Source: Paramecium tetraurelia (lineage: Eukaryota). From it: a DNA stretch of 64,000 bases. Numbering within the stretch: the first letter of the stretch is position 1; each line of letters begins with the position of its first letter. The translations under genes and the position numbers were made by a program. Location of the stretch: contig CT868062.1 in assembly GCA_000165425.1 (NCBI GenBank), positions 1 to 64,000 of the forward strand, read 5' to 3'. Below the pieces are notes generated by a model. It was not told the DNA's origin. It was given only the letters and a program-made list of their open reading frames with translations, and ran no database searches. Of the stretch, positions 1-14,541 are shown in pieces.

Positions 1-750
1 CTTTCTCTTACCCAAACCCATCTTACCAATAAGCTAGCAATAGGAAGGCACTCTGGAGTTGTGAACTCTGATCTTCCAACCCTGACTCCTCTCAAATTCC
101 ATAATAATCGTTCAACCCTTCACTTTATGATCCTTAAAGGGAGAGGAATGTAAAGGAGTTGAAGAACAATTCCTTGAATTATGATTCTAATGATATCATT
201 AGGTTTTATAAATTAAATGTACTCTTAATCCTTAAATTCGTATATTACTGACTAAATTTATGAAATCTCGTTGGATTATTTTGAAATAGAAAAAATATAG
301 GTTTATAGCAATTTACCAATATTTGTAAAAACTAAGAAAATTTAATAAACCTTACTTGAGTAATTTATATATTTCTGAAATGATTTATTATAGAATAACT
401 TTAACTTATGAAAAATTTCAATATTTTTATAAATCAGATGGAATAATTAAGATCAACTGTATCAATCTTTGTATTAACTAATAAAAGTTTTTAATTAAAT
501 TTAATATTGCGAATGGATATTAATCTGATTATTTTAATTTTTAATTATTTCATTCTTTATCAATAACGAATTTTTGAGATAATCTATTCTAACATTAAGA
601 GCAATTTGAGAAATTATTCCAAACAAATAATGAAATAATATTTTTATTCAATATATATTAAATTGAAATATGATAATTAAATTTTTATGAAATGTAATCT
701 TATTGATCAATTATACTAGTAATTTATTAGAAATAAAATAGTAATCAATA

Positions 751-2355
751 TCATTAATAAATGAATTCAATAACTGAATACTACCCATTAGTTCTTTATT
801 TATTGGAGTACCTGCAATCCCAAAATACCAGATATTTTCCATCTGGTGATAGAGCCCCATAACTATTTTCATCCTAGCAGGGTATTTTGTTGAAAATTAC
901 AAATTTACCTTCAAAAGATTATCTCATTAAATATATTATTGATTTATGTCTAACAATCAGCAAGTTCCTCTCCCTGTTATATTGTATTGGAAATGAGACG
1001 TAGTCCTAGTTTTGAGTCCCGTTTAGAGGAATTGTACTTTCCTAATTCTCCATGAATATTCCATCCTTAGATTCATAGACCTAGATAGAGTTATTATACT
1101 AATTATGATTAGCTGTCACCCATAAAAATTAATCATCATTTAGAAACAGAAGTTTCTTACCATAGACTTAGATTGATTAAGTAACAATTTAATTGAATTG
1201 CCATTTGCTTAATTCGTCTCTTTTCCAAATTATTATTTATTAATCCTGCCCGCAAGAGACTAATAAAGTTTCTGATTAATTTAAACACACAGAGTACACA
1301 GAATCATTATGTTTTTCTAATGATTATTAAATCTGTAAATTTTTGATAATTGGGTCAAATTTCCAGATTTTAATTGATTTATCTTTGCTTGAAGATATAA
1401 GCTCATCTCCAAATTTATTTAAAATAATGCAATAAACATTCCCACTATGCTGTTTGACCGTAAATTAGGATATAAATTTATTTTTTTCATCCATACTCCA
1501 GCATATTAGGGTCTGATCATATGAACCTGAGATGATGCAATCAGATTAAGGAGTGAATAGTAAACATGTTACGTTATTTAGATGGCCTTTCAATACTTAT
1601 ATTAATTGAAATTTGCCTTCAGTAAAGCTCCAAACTTTTATATCTTTGTTAGAAGTAGATATCATTTTTTCTCCTTTTTTATCAAACTAAATTGCATAAC
1701 ACCATTAATCTTAAGATTAAACCTCATTCATTTATTTAATTTCTACTTTATTCAACAATTTATCAACTTTCAAGTTCGATATTTCCTCATTCTGAAAGGC
1801 TTCAAAAATGCCATAATTAGCCTAGAGTAATTTTGGAATTTCAATAAGCTGATTAAGCAATAGAATTATCTTCGGTTAATAATTTAATAGAAGAGTGGTT
1901 AGAGCATCCCCCAACTCTCTCTAGATTTGGTATTCATTTATTTACCGAAATTATGAATCATTTTTCAAAAATAGATCAACCTCTTAATAATATTTAGATG
2001 ACTATTATATTGCTTTTGTTTCATTTAAACTTTCTTTCCAGAGGTTAATCTACGATTGGAGGAGAGCATATTTTTGAATTTGCTCAGATTTTGACTGATC
2101 AACTTAATTCTAAATTTTTTCAATCATTTCTAGTGTTTAATTGATTACTTTATCAATTATTTGATTCTTTTAATGTTAGTTATCATCTACATGTTATTTA
2201 AATTTATCAAAACCGATAAACCTATAATTTCCCTCCATTTTGTTGATACACTCCTTACACGCGAGTCTCTATTGCTTTGTCAATTATTTATTTAAAATAA
2301 TCAATTCCACTTGCATCTAATGTTCTGAACATGTTAGTATTTAATTTGTGAGCAT
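751..2355 (-). CDS. WD40-repeat protein with N-terminal CxxH..CxxC motif and coiled coil (paralog 1), intronless, ~534 aa
   Basis: Code-6 frame ATG 2355 to TGA 751 (1605 nt, divisible by 3). Starts MLTNQILTCSEHQ...RLACKEC. WD repeats include IKVWSF, LKGHLNNVTCLLF..IISGSYDQTLICW and SPDGKYLVFWD. Confidence 0.88.
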
Positions 2356-2879
2356 TTAAATTTATATTAAAATTATTCCTAATCTTAATTTAAATAGCCC
2401 TATTCATTCTATATAGAAATTTTAGATTAATTCTATTAATAATTTAGAATATCTATTGATCTGTTTGTATTATTTATTTAAGCGTAAATTTTATTTTTTT
2501 TTCAATTAAATTACAATTCAATAGTTATTGATGAATTTAAATTACTCACGAGAAATATCACTAAAGTGCTATTCTGATTGATTAATCAATGTAGATACGC
2601 TAATTTATTATTTGATGGATATTACCATAATAAGAAAACTTTAAAATATATAGTTTGAAAAGTTATAGAAGCCAATTATTTTATTTTAAATATTAAAAAG
2701 TCTTTGAATGCTACATTATTTCAATATAAATAAAAGAAGTCAGATAAAAATTCTAAATGCAGTCTTATATAAATCTAAATAGATCAATATCACTTATCAT
2801 AAGTCAATAAAGTAATAGTATATAATTGAATAAAAAAAGGTTTAATATAAATTTAAATACATTTAAATAATTTTACAAA

Positions 2880-5800
2880 TCATCCTTTACTTTGTTCTTT
2901 TTTTTTCCTAATAAATTCTTTTATTGAATTATATCTTTCTTTCATATCCTCATAAAATTGCTTAAACAGGAAAATTAGCTGTACAAATATGGAGAAGCCT
3001 ATGAAAAATAGAATAATCCAGCCTAACATATACTTTTCATCAAATGTTAATATTTGACTAATATCATGAATAGCTAAGACAACAGTCATAAAAATAATTA
3101 TGAATATGCACATGTCTGGGATTGCTGTTTAAATTAAGGTCTTTTTATTTTCGAAAGGATTTTGATAAAGAATCAAAGCCAAATTGGAAAAGCATGATAA
3201 ACAGCAAAAGGATGTTTACAGCAAAGGTAATTCATAAAAATAAACAGTAAAGAAGATAAACATGGTCTTACGGATCAAGTTTACTATACAGTAGTTTTTA
3301 GCCAAATTCTTATTAGTGTTGATTCCTTCATATAAGGAAGAATAATAGTAGGAAAATTGTTTATTTTCATAAAGAATGGGGTGCTGGGAACAAACAAATT
3401 TATACAATCTAAAAACCGTTACTATGAATAGTATTCCCAAATAAGCAAATGCGATGTTAATGATAATAATTACAAAGTCTAAATTCCTTGTGTATTTTAA
3501 TTAAAGTACGCATGCTAAACATATATCTAAGAACACTAAACCAATAACTTGGATTAATTTTGCTCTAAAATTCTGATTGAACCACACTGCCTCCTTATAA
3601 ATTAGATCCAATATATGTGGAGGTTTATGTGTCTGTTGAGAGAATTACTTTATAATCTATTCTGATTAATTGATACTTGGATCTATATTGCTTTATTCTT
3701 ACTAATAAAGTGAGAAGATTTTTATTTAATGAATTGTTTTAGTTTTTTAATAATACTTATTATTGATCAAGTAAACATAGAATCTTGATACAAAATCTAA
3801 GATGAACACAAGAACGATCAAAGCGATGAATAATTGAATATTATTGAAAAATAAGGGGTTAACATCTTTCTCTGTAAATTTAGGAGGAGCTTCAAAATAA
3901 TATGCATCACCGGGTTAATTTAATGATAGGACATCTGGGATATTGATTATATCACCCCATTCTAATTAATTGAAAAACATCTTGACATTTAAGGGATAGT
4001 CTACGTTTAGGAAGTAGAAATTATTGATCCAAGTCAAAATATCTAAAATGGTCCAGAAAAAATTAAATCCGCCTAAAACTATTGTTAGTGGTCCAATCAG
4101 TTGAAGTAAAAATGTAAATGTAGATGAAGCTGCAACTACACTTTGTGCTTAGGCTTATTATTCTTAATTGTAATAGACCTTTTTCCTGGGGACTATCACT
4201 ATTTCTCTGGCTTCTTCAATGAGAATTCTATTTGATTCTTTAACTAAAGGCACAAGCAAATGAATAAGATTGGATTCTAAAATAGTTTTGAAGAAGTCAA
4301 ACCTTATCTCACACCCTACCTTATTGTCCTCTATCTCAGATTTTTTCAAAACTGAATAATTAAATTCATTTGTTTAGAATTCTTCTATGGTTATTTATAA
4401 TTTATCACAAGCTCCTTCCAAATCTGCTTCTCCAAACAGCAAATCAATGTCGCTTGTAGTAGTAGAATTCTTATAAGAAATGTCAATGGATTTTTTTGGT
4501 GGTACAAAACAAACACCTTAATTACAAATAAAATCTTTTTCTATGCTACATTTAGAGTTACATCCATCCATGTCTATATTATTCCCGTCATCACATTACT
4601 CAATCCCTGCAATAATGTTATCACCACATTTAGGGATACACGATTTTAATTATTTATCTAAGTACAGGCCTGAGATATTATCACATGTGGAGCAATCCTG
4701 TGTAATGCACTATTTACAATTGTTGGGAGAATTTTCACATTCTTCACACTTCTCTGAACATTAATTACATGAGTTATCCTTTAGAAAATACCCACTCTCA
4801 CATTTCTAACATTCAATAATATACGAATCTCTGAAACTACATTCAAGACAGTGATCTTGACATTTATAACAAAAACTTAGGCTACTGGTATCTTCTTGAC
4901 ACTTGTAATTTGGATCCACTTTGCATTAAGTGCACCCATCTCTAGGTATATCATTATAATCATCACATTCCTCATTTCCATTCTTGATTCCATCTCCACA
5001 TTCAGATAGGCATTTCTGTTGATTTAATTTGAATCCTAATTGGCATTCAAAACAAATCCCCTTTTAGCAATTGGTGCAATTCTTATCACATTGATAACTG
5101 CATTCAAAACAACCATCATAGGGTTGAGTATTGCTATCATCACAATCTTCTTTGGCAGCTATTATTCCATCTCCGCATCTAGATTCACAACCATTTGTAA
5201 AGTCATCGTAATATAACCCTTGTTAATCATCACACAATTTCAACTCTTCACAAATTCCTTTGGACTAATTCAACACAAGTGTATCCTCACATTATAAGCA
5301 CTTACCCAACTGACAATCTAAACATTCCAATTGGCATTGATACTTACAATTATAGCAACCATCATATTTAAATTCATTACCATCTTCACAATCTTCGTTC
5401 GATGCAACTAGGTTATCCCCACAAACTGAATAACAAGAATTATTTACGACATCAAAATAATATCCATATTAACATAACAAACAGATTTCATGAAAATGTT
5501 TACAATATTAAGGTTTCAGAGTCTAACAACTATAGCAATCCTTATCATTAAATTCACATTATTCATCAACGGCAAGGATTCCATCCCCACACTAAGAAAT
5601 ACATTGGTTTCTTTAATTTAGATAATAGCCCTCTTAGCATTTGACACAAACCTCATTATTACATTCAATGCACAATGGAAAACAATAATTGCAATAGAGG
5701 TTAGGAGATATTTTCATATACAACTCACATTAGGTTTATGTTTCTTAATGAAGTATACAAGTTTCATTGAATTCATCATAATCAGCTTAAAGATTGCATT

Positions 5801-8800
5801 TTAAACAAGTATCTTAAAGGGGAAACAAACAATGATCAATAATATCATTAGGTTAATCTAATGATCTAATGCATTATTATGATACATTTGGAGACAATTC
5901 ATACCCTTCTTTACAAAGCTAACAGAGACCAAAATTAAAAGCTAAGCAATTTTAATCATTTTAAAATTGACAATTATTACAGGCATTAATAGGTTCTAAC
6001 TCCCCAACATTATCACATTATTCAGAGAATGTTTAGATTCCATCTCCACAAATTGAGTAACACCTTGATTGTCTTAACGCATATCCTTCTATACAATCTA
6101 AACACATGCCTTTGAGACAGAATGCACAAGAATCTTCGCAATTAAATTTACATTAATGACACCCATCCCCATAAACTAGATTACCGTCATCGCATTCTTC
6201 ATCTTGTGTTATTACTTTATCACCACAGATAGGATAACATATATTGTTTATTCTTTGATATCCTGTGTTACAAGATAAGCATCCATTACCTGTTGTACCA
6301 CAAGTTTTGCATGAGGGCTAGCATTTGGCTTTGCAATTTTAGCAACCTTAATATGGCAGTATTAATCCATCTTCACAAGATTCCTATGCTACTTTAACAG
6401 AATCTCCACAAACAGGAAGACAAACTTTGTCTGCTGTAAGTATATACCCTGCAGCGCAACTCTCGCACCTTAAATCAACACAAGATAAGCAAATAGTTGA
6501 TGATTGACATTGAAATTTACAGGTACTACTACATCCATCTCCAGAAATAGTATTGCCATCATCGCATTATTCAATATAAATGCCAGTTGGATCAGTCACT
6601 ATTAAACCATCTCCGCATATATTCTAACAATAGTACGAGACTGGTTTAAATCCTGTTTCACAACTCAAACATAATTTATTTGTGTAATCACAAGATTTAC
6701 AACCTAGTCTGCAATAATATTTGCAATCTTTGCATCCATCTATGTCACTAGAATTTCCATCTTCGCATTATTCAGTACCAACTAGTAAGCCATCTCCACA
6801 CTTCTCTTTGCAAATCCAAGGACTCTAAGTAGGATCAATGTACCATCCGGATGTTGCGCATTCGTAACATAATCCTTTAATGCATTTCGTGCATTAAGGT
6901 TAGCATTAAAATCTACAATTGTGACATCCATCATATTCAATATTATTTCCATCCTCGCATTCTTCATCACCTGTAATTAAACCATCTCCACATACATCAG
7001 GACAAGGCAGAATTGTAGATGAATCACAAGTCAAACAATTTAGTGGGCATTAATATTAGCAATTGAAGCATTTATCATCCAATTAACTGTTTCCATCTTC
7101 ACATTATTCATATCCTTACACTTAAAGATCATTACAAATAGGTCGACATTCACCCAATTCAAGAACAAAACCATCATCACATGAATTGCATATTTCATTA
7201 TGCCAAATTGTTGAATTATTATCACACTATTTAAAACATTAGCTCAACGTATTATCTAATTCTAATGGACAGGCTATGTAATATTATAATTATATACCTG
7301 TACAAGCATCGCTCATCTCATAATATCCAGGTTCACAAATGCATTCTAAACCTTTCAAGACACGAAACTATAATGAATTACAAGTAAGACAGCCATTAAT
7401 AGTTGATCTAAAACATGTTTAGCATGAGAAGTGACATGAATTACATGATTTTGTTGACTCTTAATAACTTGTATTTAATGGGCATGAACATGTTGATTCT
7501 ACTTATTAAATCATACTTATATTTTTGCAAGTTAGACAATCACTATTTGTTGGACCAAAACAAGTTTCGCAAAATTTATGGCAAATTAAACAAATTGGAC
7601 TACCCATTTTTGGATAATAACCATCTATGCAAACACATTATTCATTTAACAGCCTTCTGTTATTTGTTGTTAAGCATTCTATACATCGAGTCGAACTTAA
7701 ACATTAATTACATTCAATCGGACAATCATTACATTAGTTATTTTACTCAAATTAATTTTGTTTACAAACACACCCTTCTTATGTTAAAGTATAAGTATCT
7801 TTACAAGTTGAACAATATTATTGAGAAAGGCAAGCCAGACAAGATGAAGGACATTCTAAACACGTAAGAGAAGGTTTAAAGTAATATTGATTAGACGAAC
7901 ATTCTGCTTAAGAAAACTTAATCACATTTGAGTCATAAGTACTTTCCCATAGAGTACAGGTAGTTTAATCTGTGCATTCTAAACAATATGGTTAACAATA
8001 ATGAACTGCAATATAAAGGTAATAAAATGCACAATATGCTTCTAAAGGTTCATTATTTGATCCAAAACATTCCCATGTAATCGTCAACGAATTCTCATTA
8101 TGATCTATCTTCTCATAAATTCTCTGTTATTTTGTACCATCATCTTCATCCTCATTAATAGTATATTCTTCATTTAATGATTTTTCAACTGTTACGAGAG
8201 AATCAATTGAATATTTAAAGAGACCATCCATCGGGAAATTAGGGCCATACAATATGTAAAATCCTACAGTGACACCGTGATGAGGAGCAGTTATGCTAAA
8301 GGTTCTTGAGAATTTAGCCTGAGCCCAAATATATTTACCTCCGAAAACTCTCATGTAGTTCCAATAAGAATAGAAGATAGTTGAACCTTTCAAGAAATTA
8401 TCACCTGTTTGAGAAACTAACGTATACTTTGAATATTATGTGGGGTCATTTGCAAGACTTCCATATTCCTTAATTAAATATTTAGAATCTAATATAAGAA
8501 ACTATTATTACAAGGAGTTTCATCATCATAATCTTGACAATAAGAATCGACAGGCATCTGATAAGGTTCAGAGCAGGACCATCTACAAGTACCATCTCTA
8601 TATTTATAATATCCTGTAAAGCAAGTAAGGCATTCAAAAGGTAATTCACAAGTCTAGCAAGAAGAAGGACAATATCCTTTCTAGACACTAATCGACCTAA
8701 TGGCCCATGCTGCGTCTGCAATTCTAAGTTGGTATAGTGAATTAATATTACGTGTAGTTCCCTTTTACTGATAATAAAAACGAGTAAGGCGGTATATCAA

Positions 8801-9969
8801 AGTATCCATATATTTGGTAACTCTGGCAAGTAGTGTATGTTGTATTACAATTAGAGTAGGATTAAGTATCTTCTATCTGAATCTTAAGAGATTAAAGCCC
8901 TGAACTTGTTGAGAAAATTGAACCATAATATGTATTATTAATTTTTAATTCTATACCACATCCTTATGGCATACCATTCAAAATCCAAAGTTCCATTTTC
9001 AATCCTATTAAATAGTTACTCTGAATGCTGCTTGAAAATTTTATAAATCTATAAAATCCTGAGCTGAATTTAAAGAACCCGAACAAATAACTATAGTTAA
9101 TATACTAGATTCCTGGAGTAGTATCAACATTCTGCGGATCATAAATCAAGGAATATTAGAGAAGGCTTGTGGAAGAATAGAAACTAGAACTATCCAAATA
9201 TTAGGCTAATTTTATAGAAATATTTACAATTACTGCTTGAACAGAATCCATTTACATATTTTTGAGAATAAAATTGACAATTTTGTTTGCAACCTATATA
9301 TTATCTGTAAAATAAATTTGAGGGGCAGTAAGGGCAAATATTATTAGTTGGTGATCCATAAAAGCATGCCGTACATTAATTGTATTCGGGTCCTGTGCAT
9401 TATGAACAAGATGGAAAACAAGTTAGAGAAAATTGAGAAATCATGATATTTCTTATCGAAACTTATCCATTCCCACTCATGGATGTTAAAAATGTTATTG
9501 GGCCTGATGATGATGAAGGTATTGTAAAATTAATGGTTTTGACGTCATGAAAAATGGAATCACAAAATCCTATTGACAATGGATAACTTGTTGGGGATGT
9601 GTAGGTATAGGTATATGAAAATGATCCAATTTTGAAAGTGATGGCGTCGTTAGACCAGGTATCATAAAAATATAGATCAATGGAAACAAAGCATCCACCT
9701 TACAAAGTTTGTGTATAATAGTACTTAGCACCATTATTATCTTTATTTAGTGTAATATAACTTGTAGAAGGACTTGTGCAATTGATAAAATTAGCAGTGG
9801 ATAGAGGTTCTGTAGTTTTGATAAATCCACCTGCTCGATAGTTTGCTGTTGTTAAATCTGTCGACTCAATAAACATAGAATCGTAGGACAGAAGCTCAGA
9901 GTATTATTACCATTAGGCATTTAGGAGAACAAATAGGCAACATAGTATTAATTGGAAATAGCAAAGCAT
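2880..9969 (-). CDS. Giant cysteine-rich surface protein: signal peptide, furin-like/CxxC repeats, ~12 CGDG (Myxococcus cysteine-rich/DUF4215-like) repeats, C-terminal multi-pass membrane region
   Basis: Starts MLCYFQLILCCLFVLLNA (signal peptide). Repeated CGDG/CGDN...E(Q/E)C(E/D)DGN..DGC motifs at ~4550-7120. Hydrophobic helices at 2900-4150. TGA at 2880. Probable short introns near 9210-9235 and 8480-8510 (boundaries approximate). Confidence 0.85.
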
Positions 9970-11567
9970 TAACTTAATATTATGAATTTAAGAAATCTTT
10001 CTTTAACTTTTTAACTTAATATAAATTAAATCACATGTGATTTAATTTATATTTTAAATCAATTATCGTAAAAAAAAAAATGGAAAAGACTATTATTCTA
10101 AATTTCTGTTCATTTAAATTTTCTTCTAAATGTAATGTTTATTAAATCCTTATGAGAATTCAAGTCTTCCACTTTGGGGAGTTTTGTTTGTTTTTTCTTT
10201 TAGTTAATTCTTTTCATACATTTTAGATGACAACAAAATTAATCTCAGACCTAATATTTTATAAAAATCCTTCTGATTTTCTGAAATTTTAGATCAATAA
10301 ATTTGAAAATGTTATGTTTAAAATCGGTTAGGCTCTTAAAGAACTAACCTAGGCATAATTTATAATAACATTTATAAAATTAATATAACTAAAATTAATA
10401 AACTAGTGAAAATTATGAAGCTGTTTTAAAAAGTACTACACAACATTCAAAAATATATTCTAAATACAGTAGCAATTGAAATATATCAATTTTCAACTCT
10501 CTTTATATCCTGGATATAATGAAGCAAATATTTAAATAAACCAAATATTATACGAATTTTTTTTAAACTGTTATTCTATGTAACAAAAATAGTAATCAAT
10601 ATATCTTCCATACTTGCATTCTTATATAGTACAATTCTAAATTGGACACAATTATCGACATAAATTCCTCATTATGTACTCCTTATAAGAGGTAAATATG
10701 GAATAACTATGGTTCTAATAAATAGAGAAATATTTCTAGGATTGAACAAAAGAGTATTTAAAAACGAACTTTGTTTGCTATTGATTGAAGAACGAAACTA
10801 ATTGACGATTTAATTTTTTAGGCTGTGTGGAAGAGATAATCAATTAAAATCATCAAAATTTGATGCTCATGCTTTCTATAAATGAAATCTCATTAGTTAA
10901 TGCCTTCGAAAAGTGCTTGATGAATAAAATAGGATATTCTAATCTGATGAAATTTAAATAGAGTTATAAAAAAGAAAATAGAAAGATAAACACAAATAAT
11001 ACTAAATTATATTGGTTAAACCAATAAATTTATCATTGGAAATTTATTATCATTATTTTATTGAATTATTTTTAAAATACACCAATAGTAAATTTAATTA
11101 GATATTAATTGAAGTATTAATTAAATGAACTAAGAGCTGGAATCATCATACCAATATTATGTATAAAATAAAGTCTAGGAATTGTTTACTTATTTACATA
11201 AATTCTATTTATAATTAACTCTGTTTTACTTTGAAGCAATTACAATCAGTGGTTGAACTTTTGTATAATTTATAATCAAATATGATTCTTCAAATTTAAT
11301 CAATTTATTGCAAATTAGATAGGAATATAATAAAGATAAAAAATTAACAAAGAATTATATAAATATTTTTATAACAGTTTTAATAATTAATGTTTAGAAC
11401 TATTAGAAACCAAATTAGTTTGAATTCTTGCCTTTGTACACTTAACTAAATATTGAGCATTTAATTTCCTAATATTAGTAGTTTAATTTTGATATCGGAT
11501 GATCCAATTATATTTATATTAAAATCATAGAAATTAATATAATAATAAAATTAGAATAACTTCTTTG

Positions 11568-12399
11568 ATGGATAAATAGTTTAGATAATCAGAAAATTAA
11601 GAGAAATTAATTTAGGTAAATCGATCCTAAAACATCAGATTGATCAAACATACATTTCAGCTATTTATTATAGTAGAGACTCTTGTAATAATAAGTATGT
11701 ACTTTTTTTAATATAGGTTAAATTTTTATGCTATCATATTATCAACTCTATACTCCTTATAGAAATGAGGAGTATAGATTGTGGGTCTCCTTTTATTATA
11801 GTTGTCAAGGGGGTAATTGCTTTTAAAATAAGTATGAATATTTTAAATAAGAAATCTCTGCTCAGGTATTTCACCATCTGAAAAATATAAAGATTATTAT
11901 TGTTCCAATACTTAAGATTTTAACGTGTTTAGATATATTCTAAGTTTTATTCTTATCTTGATCGTTCTTACTATGATCTTTGATGTATACAGAATGATGA
12001 AAATAAAAAATGAATTGAAAAATGAGATTTTATCTTCAAAACTGATCTATAAGGCTAAGAAATATTAAATTATTATTATACTGCTATTGTTCTCATATTA
12101 TGTGATCCTGTTCATTTTCATTTTTGGAATAGATGGGGAATGTAATCAATATTAGTATCATTTAAGATGGTAGTGCTGCATTAGGTTCAGCATTTTTCGT
12201 TGGAATTTCAGGATTTTTCACCTACATGGTTATCATTCTTTATTTTCGATATCTAAAAGGCAGATTAGCAAGAGAATCTTATTTTGAAAAACTTTTAAAT
12301 GAAGGACTAGATGAATCTGATTTTAAATAAAACTTTGAATTCAAAACAGTTGAATGCAGAGAAGAGAGATTCTACTCAGTTCCAGAATAAGATAATTGA
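11568..12399 (+). CDS. Four-transmembrane protein, claudin/PMP22-like topology
   Basis: ATG 11568; introns 11695-11716, 11832-11851 and ~12142-12166, plus an optional one at 11866-11892. Four hydrophobic segments. First loop reads LWVSFYYSCQGGNC..LC..YC. TGA at 12397-12399. Confidence 0.7.
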
Positions 12400-12906
12400 A
12401 AAATATAATTTAAAGTTGTTTGATTATAATAATGTAAGTTGAATTAAAAAGAATAACCATTCTCATAAATAATAATAATCGTAATTATAATCTTAATTAT
12501 GAATTAGTTATTATTCTTTAATTCATTAGCAAAAAGATCCGAAATTTATCAATTAAAGTAATCTAATATAAATTTACTGATTGTTTATGCTGGTTTTTCA
12601 GTTAACCTGTATTATGATTTTCATATTATTAATTCAATTTTTCAATACCATTGTATTGCCTGTATACAGTCAGATAAGTTATAGTAAATCATTCAAACGA
12701 ATTATTTAATCTTGAATAAGTGAAATGTGACATGAAGACAATCATTAACCTAGGTGTAAGGCATTATAGGATATATTGCAACCACTTATTTATTCTTTAG
12801 CAAAATAAATTACTGTTTAGAAATAATAATGAATTAGTTACGCAACTAAAACTTTTATTAATAATAGCGAGAGAATATTTGACTACAATAATTTAATTAT
12901 AATTTA

Positions 12907-14541
12907 TCAATTATATAATATTTCAAATGATGAATAGGCTTTTTTTTTCAAGTCCCAAGCCACCAGATATTAACAATCGTCTGTTGTTGTAAAATAATTA
13001 TGTTCTGTCATAAAATCATATTGATCTTCAACATAAATACAACCATTTTATTCTTTAAGGATATAAAGATAGTGTTAAGATCGAACAAAAATCACTTTTT
13101 TTTCCTTATTATATATGATAGGTGCTAATCCTAAACCTTCAACATTCGAAGTCTTTTTCAAAGTTATTCTTTTTTCAAAACTCTCCTAAAAACTTCCATT
13201 TTTCATTTCATATAAACATATAAAAGTATTCTCAGCACTCTAAGCTACCCAAATAAATTTATTGTCTGATAATAAAGTAAGATGAGACCCATCTGCATTT
13301 AATGTCTATTTAACAGCATGCTTGAATTTAAATTTATCTTCATTCACTTTTTCCCAAATTAAAATAGATTAATTTTATCCACTTGAGATCAAAATGTTTT
13401 CTTATTCATTCAAACTTATGGAATAGATGTTAGATGAATTAAAATGTAAATTTTGGAGAAATGCAAGTGAATTGTAATCAAAATTGATTCTCCAAATAGA
13501 TATTGATCCCTTATTTCCTGCTGTAAACAAAAGAGTTTCATTTTTGTTCATAATCATACATTATACAAAATCAGTTTCTAATTGATAAGGATTCGAGCTT
13601 TTCCATTCATTTTAATTTGAGCACTTCCAACATCTTATAGTTTTATCGCAAGACCCTGAAATAAAAAATAGAGTTTTTTTACTAAAAAGTAAACAAGTTA
13701 CAATGTCACGATGGCTTTATAAATTCTGTATAAATTTCAAAGACCCTTGATTAAAATTCCATACTTTAATAGTTAACAAACAACTTGAAACCATAATTGA
13801 TCCTTTCGCATTAAATGTCATTGAATAACATGTATCGTATTATTTAATTTGTTCATCTTTCAAAATTAATTTTATAGATTATTTTTAATTCTAGATACTT
13901 TGCATTCTCCGATTGCTTTTAAAAATACTGGAGATAGACTTTTCATCATAAAATACTATTTCAGATTCAAGATTTTCATCTTTTTGTTGGATGAGATCAT
14001 TTAGAATTGTTTCACATTTCTTCTACTCTTCAAAATTACTAAATTATCCTAATTTTCTATTAATTTTTACACTCCATTCATTATTGATCTTATTAATAGA
14101 ATTAGAGATTTCCGACATATCAATATCTTTCCCATTTTCCTATGTCTAAATTATTATTTTCTCTAATTCCTTATGGAAGCTGAAGGTAACTATATCCGAT
14201 TTTATTTTATTCAAATCTTCCATCCAAAATTTTGTTACGTTGAGGATGGAGTCTATTTCTTTATTTACCTTAGTTTTCAAATCGATTGCAATTTATTGGA
14301 ATGTATTTAATAGTTTCAAATTCTAATCTATCACAATTTCATATTATTCCCTTTTTCGCCTCTAACTTTCTTAAATGGTTTGCATTGCTATTTTGAATCC
14401 CATAGTTCTTGCTTATGAGGAGTATAATTCCATACATTCACTACATAAGAGTCTTTCATTTTATTAAAGTCTGACATCCATAACTACACTAACAATAGGC
14501 TACTTGTGCTCATAAGCGCATTCTAACTATTATTCTATCAT
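12907..14541 (-). CDS. WD40-repeat protein with N-terminal CxxxH..CxxC motif and coiled coil (paralog 2), intronless, ~544 aa
   Basis: 1635-nt code-6 frame. Starts MIEQQLECAYEHKQPI...ERLLCSEC. Contains HRDIVTCLLFS..FISGSCDKTIRCW and ends YLVAWD..FEILYN*. Confidence 0.88.

Noticed and set aside
11..20. cccaaaccca resembling the Paramecium telomeric repeat CCC(C/A)AA
   Set aside because: Fewer than two units and embedded in coding-like sequence; not an array.
1..200. GC-richer, coding-like sequence at the window edge
   Set aside because: Probably the end of a gene outside the window, but strand and frame could not be determined.
4550..7120. Regularly spaced ~190-bp conserved motifs that could mimic a CRISPR or satellite array
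   Set aside because: They are degenerate protein-coding CGDG cysteine repeats within one open frame, not identical DNA repeats with spacers.
7415..7867. 150-aa plus-strand ORF
   Set aside because: Antisense shadow of the minus-strand Cys-rich gene.
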